A DNA stretch of 64,000 bases from Diplonema japonicum (taxonomy: Eukaryota > Protista > Euglenozoa: Diplonemea). The notes beneath the pieces are model-generated. The model saw only the letters and a program-made list of their open reading frames with translations. It had not been told where the DNA came from and did not search any database. The stretch spans positions 1 to 64,000 of the forward strand of contig OZ025690.1 of the NCBI GenBank assembly GCA_964019335.1. The letters are read 5' to 3'. A program made the translations under genes and the position numbers. Shown piece by piece: positions 43,565 to 55,488 of this stretch; within the stretch, counting starts at the first letter, position 1; every line of letters starts with the position of its first letter.

Positions 43565-45514
43565 TTAGCTACCACTCTTACTGTCCCCCCATGACTCGAG
43601 GTTATTGGGTAGAAGTGGCGTAGGGGCAGGGGCAGCTGGCCCCTCCATGTCAGGTCGTGAACGGTCTTGAATGTTCGAGAGTGATAGTGCAAGATGTTGT
43701 GGCTGTGGCTGTGGCTGTGCCTGTGCCTGTGCCTGTGGCTCGGAACGGTAGGCCGCTGTAGAGCCAGGGGCACTCCACCCACCGCCTATCCTTGCAGGCG
43801 ACACAGTGGACTTGTGCTTTGCGTCACTGGTCGACGCCTTCGGGTTCCCCTCATCAGCGGATGGCAGTGGCGACGTACGAGGCTTTGAAAATGTCGGTTT
43901 TAAAGCTTCGATTCCTTCAGTCATCTGCAGCACGTCCTGCAGCAGATCATCCTCCTTCTTGTTTTCAGAAGCAGGTGGCATTGTCCCCTCACTCCCAGTC
44001 CTTCCGAATTGGCTTTGGTTGTTTTGACTAAGGTTCTGGCTCGGGGCAGTTATATTGCTTTGGTAGTACATGTCATCCTTTGTCTTCAGCAGTGTCTGCA
44101 GGTCTTGCAGCTGCTGGTTGTGCTTGGCGTCCACCTGCTCCATAATATCCTTCAGGGTGCTTCTCTCGTCTCTTGGCGACGACACGTTCGGTGACGTGGC
44201 GTCTACCTTAGTGACGACCTGCCCTGCAGGGAACGGGGTGGGCATCGGCACAGGGGACACTCGTTCGTTTTTCTCCTTCAGTTCTTTTTCTAAATCTTCG
44301 ACTCTAGTTTTTGTCGAGCTCAACTCCGACCTCAGTGCCTGCAGTTCTTTGAGGACGTCACCTGGGACAGACTGCTGCGTTTCTGGTGCAGAAGCAGGCG
44401 GGTCGCTTGCGGCGAACGTTCCAGGAGGCTTCCCAGAAATGTTTGAAGGCATCATGGACGGAAGGGGAGAAGCGTAGCTGATGGACATAGCTGCCGACTG
44501 TGTGGGTGGTGCTGGCGACACGTGCAGCTTACCGTCCGATGCTTTGTCTACAACGATAGTAGGAGGTGAGGGGGGTCGCGTACTGGGCAGATTTGCCCGC
44601 CTCTCAACATCCTCCCACGTGCCGTAGGCAGCCGGACGTCTCTGCGGAGAACTCTTTCGCAGTTCAACCTTTAGTGGAGACGCCGAGCGTGGTAAATCCA
44701 ACTCTCTAGGGGGCTCTTCATACGAAGGAATCGAGGGCTGCACGTAGCTAGGTGGCTGGTACCGCCCCTTGGGTTGCTGTGTGTACTCTTGGTGGAGATA
44801 GTCCGCTGGCTGTTGTGTACCCGCACGCTTCGGCGAGACATTGCCCGGCTCCCTTTCGGAGTACCGTTTGAGCGGGAAAAGAGGGGCTTCCTGAGGCCGG
44901 AACGAGTACATGCCCTGTGCGGGCTGTTCGAATCTACCGCTGTGTTCCCTGGGTGTGACAGGCCGTGCAAACTGGTCGAAGGACTGGATGGTACTCCTGA
45001 GGACTTGTGTCTGGCCCTTGATGGTGTCGATCTCGTCACGGATGCGTTTTTGTTCTTCGAGGAGCGTACAGCGGCTGGCTTGTAGGTTTTGCATTTCTTG
45101 CAGACGCTGCTGGACAAGGTTTGCTGATCCCTGCAGGGGCTCGCGGACTGCTAGGGGCTCATGGTACGGCTGCTCAACAGGTTCGTTGTAAGGCTCCACT
45201 ACGTAGTCGACGAAGCTGCGTAGCTGGCTTTGATCAAAAATGCTGACTTTGTTGGAGTTAATCGGCTGCTTTTGTGAGTGCCGTGGGGTGGTCGCGGCGG
45301 CATTGGGCGACGGCTGCCCTCTGTTGTTCTCATACAACGCCTGTGTGTTCCTAGGCCCCAAGCCGCCTGACCGCCTTTCCTGCCTCGGGCTGAGCCTCCC
45401 CACGTAACGATCCAGCACCTCTCGTGCGTCCTTTGCGCCCTCCGCCTCTCTGCTCCGCAGCATGGCCTCCGCCAACCTCCGGGCGTCGTCCACTGTCCTC
45501 ACATTGTTCAACAT
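43565..45514 (-). CDS. Hypothetical low-complexity/coiled-coil protein
   Basis: 649-aa ORF rich in P/Q/S with heptad segments; may have a 5' exon. Confidence 0.7.
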   Translation of the reverse strand: MLNNVRTVDDARRLAEAMLRSREAEGAKDAREVLDRYVGRLSPRQERRSGGLGPRNTQALYENNRGQPSPNAAATTPRHSQKQPINSNKVSIFDQSQLRSFVDYVVEPYNEPVEQPYHEPLAVREPLQGSANLVQQRLQEMQNLQASRCTLLEEQKRIRDEIDTIKGQTQVLRSTIQSFDQFARPVTPREHSGRFEQPAQGMYSFRPQEAPLFPLKRYSEREPGNVSPKRAGTQQPADYLHQEYTQQPKGRYQPPSYVQPSIPSYEEPPRELDLPRSASPLKVELRKSSPQRRPAAYGTWEDVERRANLPSTRPPSPPTIVVDKASDGKLHVSPAPPTQSAAMSISYASPLPSMMPSNISGKPPGTFAASDPPASAPETQQSVPGDVLKELQALRSELSSTKTRVEDLEKELKEKNERVSPVPMPTPFPAGQVVTKVDATSPNVSSPRDERSTLKDIMEQVDAKHNQQLQDLQTLLKTKDDMYYQSNITAPSQNLSQNNQSQFGRTGSEGTMPPASENKKEDDLLQDVLQMTEGIEALKPTFSKPRTSPLPSADEGNPKASTSDAKHKSTVSPARIGGGWSAPGSTAAYRSEPQAQAQAQPQPQPQHLALSLSNIQDRSRPDMEGPAAPAPTPLLPNNLESWGDSKSGS

Positions 45515-45712
45515 TACCTGAAGTGGGATTGGGGCGCATCAAGAAAAAGAGAATGTTGGAATATATAATATGACACACTCCCTTCTGGCCCGCAGAAGGA
45601 TGATGTAGGACTGCGTAAGGTGTGGGCATGATGAAGCAGTGATGAGACAAAAAAAGAAGAATGGGGGGAGAAAAGAAATGAAGGAATATAAAAAAAAAAA
45701 GCGTGTGCCCGT

Positions 45713-47850
45713 TTACGTCCCGTATTCCTTTCTCCAGAAACACGGTGGGATGGAGAGGAACGACTTGTCAGCAGAGTACGTGTTAACAAGGAGAGACTTG
45801 CCGGCGTCGGTAATGAGGGCGCCTTGCACGAAGTGGTAAAAGACGGGGAGAGTGGAGGCGGAGGCGGGCTTGGACTTCTTGCCCTTGACATGGTCGTAGA
45901 ACCTTGTTGCCTTGACTTCCGTGTACTTCGGCGTGGTGAGGTCAATCACTGTGAACCAGCTGTTGAAGGTGCAAGTGGTTTAAAAAAGAAACATACTCAT
46001 TGCTGGATAGTACGACATAGTTCTCGCACCCGCTGATCCATTTCACTTTGCTGAATGAGCTCATGTTGGGCATGTTCTCCCTCCCCCAGACAGCCTTACC
46101 CGTCGTTGCCTCGTACGCACCTGTTGTACCGTCCACCAGCAGCACGAACACTACAGGAACTCCCTGGTAATATTTTTGTGTCTTGAGACAATTTCACATA
46201 CCTTCACGCTGCACATGGCCATGTCCTTCACCTGTCGGTTCATCTTCTTCGTGCACAGCTTCACCATTGTGCCCGGAAGGCTTGTCCTCTTCTTCCCCTT
46301 TGATTCTTTCACAGGCCCATACATTGTCAGCATGCCTTGTGTTGCATCGTGCTTCGAGCACACCACAGCAACACCATCCTTCAGCTTCCCGTTCGTGGCG
46401 CCTGTCACCGCATCGGGGATGTCCAGCACTGTTGCCCCAGGACCGTCTGCCACATCTTGTATAACCTTGATGCCGCCCTCATATGTCAAGAGCAGCGTGT
46501 CACCGTCGAAGCACAACCCCGTGGCCGCGGGCAGGCGATCCCACTCTTCTATGAGTGTAGCTTCGTCGTCGTCCAGTCCCACCACGCACGTCCTTTCCCC
46601 CGTGCTAAACACCATGCACTTCCCATCGTTGTGTACCACGAACCTCTTCACGGCAGCGTCACCTTCTATTTCGTACCTCAGCAGGGCAACGATCTCCTGC
46701 TTCGCATCAGCATCAGGGATAGCATGGATGGTTATGGCGTGGTCCTCAACGGCCACTACCCTGCTGTGGCTCTTGTAGGGGTAAATGTGATGGTGGTATG
46801 GCAGATCGGTGTGGAAAACGGACCCCTTGGCAGTTGCGCATTTTGCGGGGAACATCTGTGTTGCGTGTTGTGCCTGTGCATGTATCATACCTTCCGTGTC
46901 TCGCAGACACCAATGCAGCCGTCCAACGACCCTGTCAGCAGCAGCCCGTTGCCACCAGGAGTAAGGCTCGTGATGTCGCATCGTGACCAGTTGCGCCCTT
47001 CGCTCTTCACCCACTCGCCCTCCCATTGCTTGAAGGTCGCCAGGTTGTTGTCCACGCCTGTCGTGAACACGATGTCGTCCACTTGGCATATTGAGAGCAG
47101 GTCTGCCTTGTGCGACCGTATCGATTGCAGCAGCACTCCTGTGAACGGGTCCAGCACCTTCACCTCCCCTGTGGATGTCACTGCCAGCACGCTGTTATTC
47201 ACCTCCAGGATGCTCCATGCCATTGCCGGTGTAGGCTTCGATGCCTGCTGTCGCGGTTTGAACGTTGCGAGTCTGGTCGACATTTCTGTGTCCCACACCG
47301 TGGCGCTATCCTTCCACTGGGCGCACGCCAAGCACCCGTTGTTGTCGCCGTAGTACACGCGGCTGCCGTTTGCATTGAACTTCACACACAGCACCCTGTC
47401 CGCGTCGGGCCTCACCATTGTCGTGTACTTCGGAAGCAGTGTCAGGCTGTCCGCGACCTCGAAGAACCTCACCCTGGCGTCCTCGCAGGCGATGGCCACG
47501 ACACCGAGCGCCCTACAATAGTCCATGCCCCAGACGGGACCACCGTGCGAAGATGTCACGCTCGTGATTTCAAGCGCCGTGTTGTACTCTATCAGCTGGC
47601 CGCCTAGTGTGCACGTCAAGATTCTGTTTTCCCCAAGCCACACTATGTCCCTCACGGTCATGTTCCTCCTGCCTTCTGTGGCCTGCTCCCTCCACAGGTA
47701 AGGCCTTGTCTTTTTGTCCACCTCCCACATTTCCATCGCTCCGTTCACCCTGCACACTGCAAGCTTGTTCTTCGCCTTGTTCATTGCCATGGCAGCGACG
47801 CCTGTGGTCTGCTTGGGCAGGAATCCCAAGTCTAAAACGTCCCTCGACAT
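45713..47850 (-). CDS. UTP4: WD40 U3 snoRNP protein UTP4/cirhin
   Basis: LAVCRVNGAMEMW, GGPVWGM, AIACEDARV, HKADLLSI, C-terminal RKEYGT. Introns 46856-46890, 46164-46201 and 45960-45996. Confidence 0.8.
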
Positions 47851-47913
47851 GTTGCTTTCCCGCATCCCACCTACCTGTGTGTGTGAGGGGAAGGAAGGGA
47901 ATGAAAACATAAA

Positions 47914-48351
47914 TTAAAAAACCAGCAGTGCAGCTACTAGGTTAAAGATGGCAGCCGCCGCAAGTAAGGACACCATCGAAGGTGACAGGGCTACTAGCGA
48001 GGCTGGGTCGGTCAGTAGCAGAGCAGCATGCCTTGTGTATTTAGAATGCAAAATGCGCAAACGAATAATGTACCTCGTGTGCTTAGCATGGAGGGTGAGC
48101 CTGAAGTGCTCCTCGGCCATCTGGATGCGCAGCGCTTCGCACTGCCTGGCCTCTTCTGTTGCTGTCCTTGCACGTGCAATGAGCTCGCTCTGCTGCATGA
48201 GCAGCACATCTTGCAGGACCACCAACAGTACCTCGTTGCAGCGCACCCATATGGAAAACGCCTCAGTGAAGTCCTCCCATTCCTCCTCTTCTTCTTCTTC
48301 TTTTTCTTCTTCTTCCTCTGGTGCCAGTTCCACTAATTCATCAGAGCTCAT
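47914..48351 (-). CDS. Hypothetical protein with C-terminal TM helix
   Basis: MSSDELVELAPEEE..., coiled segment, hydrophobic C-terminus. Confidence 0.55.
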   Translation of the reverse strand: MSSDELVELAPEEEEEKEEEEEEEWEDFTEAFSIWVRCNEVLLVVLQDVLLMQQSELIARARTATEEARQCEALRIQMAEEHFRLTLHAKHTRYIIRLRILHSKYTRHAALLLTDPASLVALSPSMVSLLAAAAIFNLVAALLVF

Positions 48352-48921
48352 TTCATTACCTCTATCTGGGTCTCTTTTTGCAGCACAAATAAATAAAAAA
48401 ACATAAACGAGAGAGAAAGAATCATCAACAGGAGTGGAACAAAAAAGGTGCGGGGGGGGCAAAAGATTCATAATGAGAGTAAATGGAGGGGGGGGGGGGG
48501 GGGGGGGCTGGAATGAAACAACAAAGTTAAAAAATCTAAATAAAATAAAAAGAAGTATTACAACCTGTTAGCGCAAAAAACGGATGCCGGTTCTTTTTCT
48601 TTCTGACAAAATTCTTAAAAGCAACTTTTTTTTACCCCCCTTCTTTCATGTGGGCTTTCTTTTTCTTTTCTTCTTCTTTTTCTTTTTAGTTCAACCCAAA
48701 TTGTGAGAAGTCATTTCTTTTTTTTGAATCCCTTCATACGATGTGCTGACGAGGTCTATTTATATATATTTTTTTATGTTTTGTATCTTTTTTTTGGGGG
48801 GGGGGGAGAGACAAAAAAGAATAGGGAGAGCATGAAGAAAACACTTTTTTTTCTTTCTCCCCTCTCCCCGATTTTTTCCCTTCATAACAACAAAAAAAAA
48901 AAAAAAAGAAACCCCTCCACT

Positions 48922-50370
48922 CTACAGCAAAACAAGGGATTTCAGGTGATTAAGAAGCTGAAAGCGTTTTTGAAGCGTCTCTTTGCAAGCAGGTATCGTA
49001 GTGCGGTCTGGGTGCATCTTTGCCATGAGCTTTTTGATGGTGGTGCTTGGGTTGACATCGGTTGGGAAAAATAGGCCGAGCGCACTGGAGGTGATTCGCG
49101 TGAGATTACCGGTAAGAGCGTCTATATGGGTATCGGAAAGTTCATCGATTGGGCTAAGCTGAACGGCAGCGAGTGCCTCAGCATACTTGTCTTGCTGCTC
49201 TGCCTGATGCTCACGCAGCTTGCATTTCAAGTGATCATTGTAGTTCTGAAGAGACTTGACACAACCCTGGACTCGGTATAGTTCTTGAGATGTGTACTCC
49301 CATCCAGCACGAAGCTTTTCAGTTTCAACGTCTTTTCTTTGGAACACAGTTTCCAGTTCCTCGTTGCGGTCCCACAGTTGGTGGTAGCTGTCTTTCAACC
49401 GCCGGTACTTCCTCTCGACCTCTTCCCTGAGGTACAGGATGCTGTTCATGTCGTCCCGCATTTTATCGCGTTCCTCTGCAATCGTTTTCAAACGGATGCA
49501 CTCGTCGCGAAGCTGCATGAGCCAGCCCTCTGCCTTCGTCCTGTTGCGCTTTTCCGAGTTCACCTCGTCGAACAGTTCTTCAATACGTTTTTGTTGCTGT
49601 TTCATGACCATCTTCCCCTCTGCTAGGTCTTCTATGTTGTCGAAGTACCTTTCCTTCCTTTCCTTCACCTCTGCGGTGAGCTCTTCTATTTTTTTACACT
49701 GTCTGTCGATGACGACCCTTGCTTCGGATAACGCTTCATCGCTGTCTTGTTGTTCCAACATGCGGATTTCGGATTCTAGCTGGGTGACACGGGACTGCAG
49801 TGCGCTGTTCTGGTCGGCGAGGGCAAGGGCTTTGTTCTCGAGCTTCGCGCGCATTAGGTATTCGTGTCTTGCGTCGCCTTGAAGTGCTGACTTTTCATTG
49901 TCATGGCATGCTTTGCAAATGGTGGAGAATTCAGTTGATTTGCATGTTAAGCAGGACATTGAGTGGTCATCGCTTTCCGGGCTTTCGTTGAGGACGATGC
50001 CGTCGGTGATTTCAATAGTCTCTTCCGGTTCAGACTTTGATAGGGACCCCAGCCGGAATGGCTCCTGAAGAGCTTCTTTGAATTCCTGTTGCTGGCGGGT
50101 TTTCTCATTTTTCAGTGCTTCTCGTAGGCTGTCCAGTTCCTCTTGTAAAGTTGGCGACGCTGTTCTTTCTGAAGATAGAGAGCCATCGCTGTCGATATCC
50201 GGTGACGAAGGTGGGTGGGAAGGAGGCGGGGGGACCCTCCCTGGATCTCTGACTGATATTACAACATCCCTTTGCCATGATGGCCCTGGAATGAGCTCAG
50301 GCGCTGCTTCTTCATCCTCTTCGTATAATTTGCATAATTCTTTTATAATACTATCGTTTTCATTGGTCAT
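48922..50370 (-). CDS. Coiled-coil protein with C-terminal J-domain-like HPD motif
   Basis: Extended heptads, CxxC..CxxC, IKKLMAKMHPDR...FQLLN at the C-terminus. Confidence 0.75.
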   Translation of the reverse strand: MTNENDSIIKELCKLYEEDEEAAPELIPGPSWQRDVVISVRDPGRVPPPPSHPPSSPDIDSDGSLSSERTASPTLQEELDSLREALKNEKTRQQQEFKEALQEPFRLGSLSKSEPEETIEITDGIVLNESPESDDHSMSCLTCKSTEFSTICKACHDNEKSALQGDARHEYLMRAKLENKALALADQNSALQSRVTQLESEIRMLEQQDSDEALSEARVVIDRQCKKIEELTAEVKERKERYFDNIEDLAEGKMVMKQQQKRIEELFDEVNSEKRNRTKAEGWLMQLRDECIRLKTIAEERDKMRDDMNSILYLREEVERKYRRLKDSYHQLWDRNEELETVFQRKDVETEKLRAGWEYTSQELYRVQGCVKSLQNYNDHLKCKLREHQAEQQDKYAEALAAVQLSPIDELSDTHIDALTGNLTRITSSALGLFFPTDVNPSTTIKKLMAKMHPDRTTIPACKETLQKRFQLLNHLKSLVLL

Positions 50371-50880
50371 TTTTTTTTTTTTCTTTCCCTCTTCTCTCCA
50401 CCTCCTGTTGTTGGTGTTGTTGTGTTGGTGTATAAAAGAAATTTAAAAAAAAAAAAGAATAAAAAAGAACAAATGGTGGATAAAACTATTTTCTTTTTCT
50501 TTTGGTTTTTTTTTTGTTTTGTTTTCTTTGTCAGAAAAAAAAAAGGAAAAGAAAATACTTTTGACGGAGTGAAACCTGAAACCCTAAAAGGGAGGGGGGG
50601 AAGGCTGGAAATAGAAACCGCTTTGCAAGAAAGAAAGAAAATAATAAAAGAAGAAGAGTTCATTTTTTTTTTGTTCAATGCTTGAGAAACGTGATAAAAG
50701 AAAAGAAAAAAAGTAGGCAAATTCTTAGAGAAAAAAAAAAAGAAAAAAAGTTAAGGAATCCCTTCAGAGTTCCATCGTTTGCAGTATATTTTTTTTTTTT
50801 TTTCGTTTTAATTTTTTTTTTTATTGCACATATAATCCCTCTGTAGTTGCAGACCAACCCGGCCTGCCACTTCTTTTTTA

Positions 50881-50914
<34 letters not shown>

Positions 50915-51850
50915 GTGTGCACACAATTTAATTTTCTTAAAAAAAAGAAACAGGACAGGCAGAGTAGAGAAAGGAGCTTTAGCTAATCATTATGGAGTCA
51001 ATGGAGGAAACAGTTAAAAAAAAAAAAACGTTGGTAAAAGAAAGAAAAAACTTCTAGGTTTTTTATTTCTTTTCTTTTTTTTCCTTTTTTTTTTTTTTCC
51101 GAGCTATAAAAAAATTGAAAAAATCAAACGTTACCTATTGTAGTGTAGAAGGGGAAAACGGGGGAAGAAAAAAAGATTTAAAAAAAAAATATATATATTT
51201 GCCTTACTTTTATATTCAATTCTTGTTCTATTCTCATTTCGTCATTTTGCATTATTCTTTTTGAAATTCTTGTAGTGGTCCCAAAGCTGTGCTTTGACAT
51301 TCAAAAAAAAAAAAAGAACTTTTCTTTTTCGTTATTTCACTAGTTGAAAAACCTTTTTTTTCTCTTCTTCTTTTTTTCTTTTTCTTTTTTTGCAATACCT
51401 CTCTTCGCCCACTCAATACCCATTCCAACAACATCATTATAAAAAAAAAGAAAAGAACATGGCACCTTTTTTCTTTTTTTTAAATTTAAAATTTCTTTTT
51501 TCGGTATTTTTTTTTTTCATCTTTACTTTTTGTTTTGTTTTTTTTTCTTTTTCCTTTCTTTTTTTTTTCCAGATATTTCTTCCAGAAAAAAAAAAAAAAA
51601 AAAAAAGAAAAAAGACTAGAAATATCAAAACGGTTGTGAACACCTTTCATTTGAAAAGAAAAAAAAAAAAAAAAAAAAAGGGTAAGAAAAATTAAGAGAG
51701 GAGAAAGAAAACTTAAAAAACAAAAGAGGGGAAGCAGGGAGAAAAAAAAAAAAAAAAAAACAATAGGAAGAAAAAAAAACGTGTGCAAGTTCTGCGTGTA
51801 GTTATCAGTTTTTATATGTTACAAAAAAAAAAAAAAAAAGAAGTCCAACC

Positions 51851-52189
51851 TCACGGGGTGAGGTCCACCTGGCCCCTGGTGTAGGTCACGTCGCTCAGCA
51901 TCAGGGTGTTGAGCATGAAGAAGATGCCCTTCTTCTTTCTCTTCAAGCTCAGCTGGTCCTTCTTGAAGGCGAAGAACTCAGTGTGCTTCGTGAGGGGTGT
52001 GTTTGAGGGAAGCTTCTCTTCATCGATGATCTGCTTCAGCATCTCAAGCGGTGCGGGCTTTGTGTCCTCGGGTCCTGCCGTCGTGAAGAAGATACCGGGT
52101 CCCAGCGCACAGGACCCTGCACGGATCTTCCCTTCTTCTTCAATCAGGGCGGCGTGCTTGACGGTGGTGTAGAAGTAGTAGATCGTCAT
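51851..52189 (-). CDS. 112-aa protein, possible ADP-ribosyltransferase fold (Tox-ART-HYD1-like), copy 1
   Basis: YYFYTT...AALI.EEGKI...GPGIFFT...P; identical to 53332-53670. Confidence 0.65.
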   Translation of the reverse strand: MTIYYFYTTVKHAALIEEEGKIRAGSCALGPGIFFTTAGPEDTKPAPLEMLKQIIDEEKLPSNTPLTKHTEFFAFKKDQLSLKRKKKGIFFMLNTLMLSDVTYTRGQVDLTP

Positions 52190-53232
52190 ATTGGCTTTCT
52201 TTTTTTTTTTTTTTTTTCTTTTTTTTTTTTTTTCGAGCGGGGTTAAATAAATCCTTTGGGGGGAAAAAAAAAGTTTTTTTTTAAATTATTATTTGGCACT
52301 GCAAAAAAAAAAAAAAAAAAAGAAAAGAAAAAAAAAGAATTGGGGAAGGGGTAGGGAAAGAGGAAGGAACTTAATGGGAGGGAAAAGAATAAAAAATAAT
52401 GGGGAAGTAATAAAAAAAAAGAACAGGGGGGGGGGGGGAAGGGGAATCGTTTGCAGAAAAGAATAAAAAAAAGAAATGCGGATTTTTCCATTTTTATTGG
52501 TTCTTACAGAGTGGAAAAAAAAAAAAGGTTTCTTCAATTTTCATTTACAACACTTCTACTTTAAAAAAAAAAAAAGAATTATATCACAGAAGTAGAAAGC
52601 CGGGAAACAAAAAGAAAATTGCTCCCCTCAAACCTTCTTTTCCAAACTATTATTACCACATTCTTTAATTTCACAATTTTATTTATTAATCAAATGTAGC
52701 TTTTAAAAGAAAAAACAGGAGCAGTTTTCTTTATTCTTTTTACTTACTTATTTTTAGAATATTTCTCTTTTCCTTTGCCATATTTTCTCTATTTCTCGCT
52801 GCTTAGTTTATTAAACACCCTTGACACAGTACCCCTCTTTTTTTTTCTTTGTCCCTCTTTTTTCTTTCCCCCTTCTCTTCCGAATTCGTTTCCCAATTAT
52901 GCAGTCTTCTTAATACAAAAACCTATAGGAACGAAAGGGGAAAAAACATTTTAAAAAAAAGAAGAAGAAAAGACAATAAAAGAGCAGCACAGCAAAGTCT
53001 CATACAACTCGTCACGGTCAATATGGCAGAAGGAAAAAAAAAATTTTTAAAGAAACAAAGAAAAAAAACACTAAAGACGTGTGGACAAGAAGGTTTTAAA
53101 TGCCCCACGGCAGTAGTAAAAAAAAAAAAGAAAGAAAGAAAAAAAAAATAATAAGTAAGACATCACTTTTCTTTTTTTAAAAAAAATTACTTTTTTTTTG
53201 TGTAAACGTTGGTGAAGAATAAAAGAATTATG

Positions 53233-53283
<51 letters not shown>

Positions 53284-53331
53284 TATTCCGTTTGAATTTT
53301 TTTTTGTCATTTTTTTTATATCTGCCAATCC

Positions 53332-53670
53332 TCACGGGGTGAGGTCCACCTGGCCCCTGGTGTAGGTCACGTCGCTCAGCATCAGGGTGTTGAGCATGAA
53401 GAAGATGCCCTTCTTCTTTCTCTTCAAGCTCAGCTGGTCCTTCTTGAAGGCGAAGAACTCAGTGTGCTTCGTGAGGGGTGTGTTTGAGGGAAGCTTCTCT
53501 TCATCGATGATCTGCTTCAGCATCTCAAGCGGTGCGGGCTTTGTGTCCTCGGGTCCTGCCGTCGTGAAGAAGATACCGGGTCCCAGCGCACAGGACCCTG
53601 CACGGATCTTCCCTTCTTCTTCAATCAGGGCGGCGTGCTTGACGGTGGTGTAGAAGTAGTAGATCGTCAT
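53332..53670 (-). CDS. 112-aa protein, identical copy 2
   Basis: Same sequence as 51851-52189. Confidence 0.65.
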   Translation of the reverse strand: MTIYYFYTTVKHAALIEEEGKIRAGSCALGPGIFFTTAGPEDTKPAPLEMLKQIIDEEKLPSNTPLTKHTEFFAFKKDQLSLKRKKKGIFFMLNTLMLSDVTYTRGQVDLTP

Positions 53671-54536
53671 ATTGGCTTTCTTTTTAAAAAAAGGTGTGTA
53701 GAAATCTGTGTTATGTTTGGATAGGACCGCGTCACATTAGAGCAAGTAAGAGAAAACGAGGGGAAAAAAAACAAAAAAAAAAAACAAACAAAAAAATACA
53801 AAACAGAGGAGAAGGGGGCAGGAGAAAGACACAACAGAGAGCGAGGAATAATAATAAAAAAAACAAAAAACAAAAAAAACAGAACTTCGTGCCCCCACCC
53901 CCTTCCCCTTCAACATCGGTGGGAAAAAAAAAACTGGTAAACTGAGGTACAAATAAAAAAAAAAAGGAAGAAAGGGGGAAGAACAGATGAAAAAGAATTC
54001 CCCTTTTTTTTTTTAAAAAAAAAGGGAATTTCACCCCTTTTTTTTTCTTTTTCCACAGCAGCAACGATACAGCACAGAGGTAGGCTTACGTGAACATGTT
54101 TCTTTTTTTCTTTTTCTTTCCCCCCCCCTTTTTATTTATAATTTCAACACTGGTTCCCCACCCAGATGCTCTCCATAGGGAGTGTGCCTTCAAGATCCTC
54201 CACCTGTAAAAAAAAGAATTAGAGATAAAAGGAACACGCACAGCAGGCCATGCAGCTGTCTCGCCTTCTTCCCTATCAGTATCGAGCCCCACGCACTATG
54301 TATGTCCACGAAGACGAGAAGGAAGCTGAAGCCGCACGAAGCAACCGCGTCCGATGACGGACATACAGGCACAACAGGCACAACCGGCATACACCAAACG
54401 CGGAAGGGTCAAGAGAACTTTCCAGGCAGTGAAGATCGGAAACAATAAAGGGATCGCATTCCCTTGGGCCAGAAAAAGAAATGAGATAAATTGGTGGCAC
54501 TGCACAAGCATTGTACCAGAGGGCAACCGACAATCT

Positions 54537-54643
54537 TCAGCAGGCAGCTTCTGCTGGCTACGGAGATAACGTAGTACGAAAAGCAAGAAGAAATTTAATT
54601 CAAGAACAAAGAAGAGCTTATATCCCATGTTAGTTCCAACTAA

Positions 54644-54693
<50 letters not shown>

Positions 54694-55436
54694 CATACAA
54701 GAGTCCGTGCCACCTTGCAGTCTCTGGTGAGATCGGTGTCCAATCTGCTGTCGGTGTACATTTTACAAAAGTCGCTGACATCCAGCCCCCTGTCAGGGTC
54801 GGCACCGATGTAGCTGCACATCTCTGTCCACTCTTCTTTAGTGAGCTGTGTGCCTTCTGTCTTCTCTTGCATCAGGCTAGCATCCTTGTACCCGATCAGG
54901 CCATTGTTGTCATCATCAAAAGCCATGTGCACGAAGGTGATAACCCTGAGCTTGTCCTGGTCCACCATAGGGGAGCGGGCAGATGTTGAGGCAATGCTCA
55001 GAGCGGAAGGGATCTGGAAGAGGGACTCGAGGCGCAGCTCGTTGGTGCTCTTCTCGTTGTGGTCGGAGGGGGACCTGCGGAAGGGTGAATCGTACTGCAT
55101 ATGGCGCCGGTCTTCCAGTTCCTTCATCACCTTCGTCTGGAATGCTTCGTTGGCCTGCTTCTGTGCCCTCAGCTCTTCCTCCAATACCTGCACCCGTTTC
55201 ACCAACGCCCCCACCCCGTCAGTGCCGTCGACACTCTCACACGGTGTGCTCTGCACAGGGCTCGTGACCCCCGACACCGTTGTCGTCGTTATCATGAACT
55301 CCCTGTCCACCCGTCGCTTCGTCTCCTCGGTGGGCGACTCGTACCCCTCGTCTTTGTACACATTGTCTGCAAGGCTCCTGATGCGTACCTCTGCTTCCGC
55401 TACCCGCTTCAGGGCCTCCTGAGTGGCATCAGGCAT
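54537..55436 (-). CDS. EF-hand-containing protein
   Basis: AFDDDNNGLIGYKD...LTKEEW..MC..IGADPDRGLDVSDF. Probable intron 54558-54698. Confidence 0.75.
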
Positions 55437-55488
55437 ATCTCGTGTCTGTGATGGAATATTAAGAAGTACCGAGCAAGGGTCAAAGGTA

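Noticed and set aside
50380-51840. Poly-Phe/poly-Lys ORFs here and at 30-33 kb and 56-57 kb
   Set aside because: Translations of A/T homopolymer tracts.
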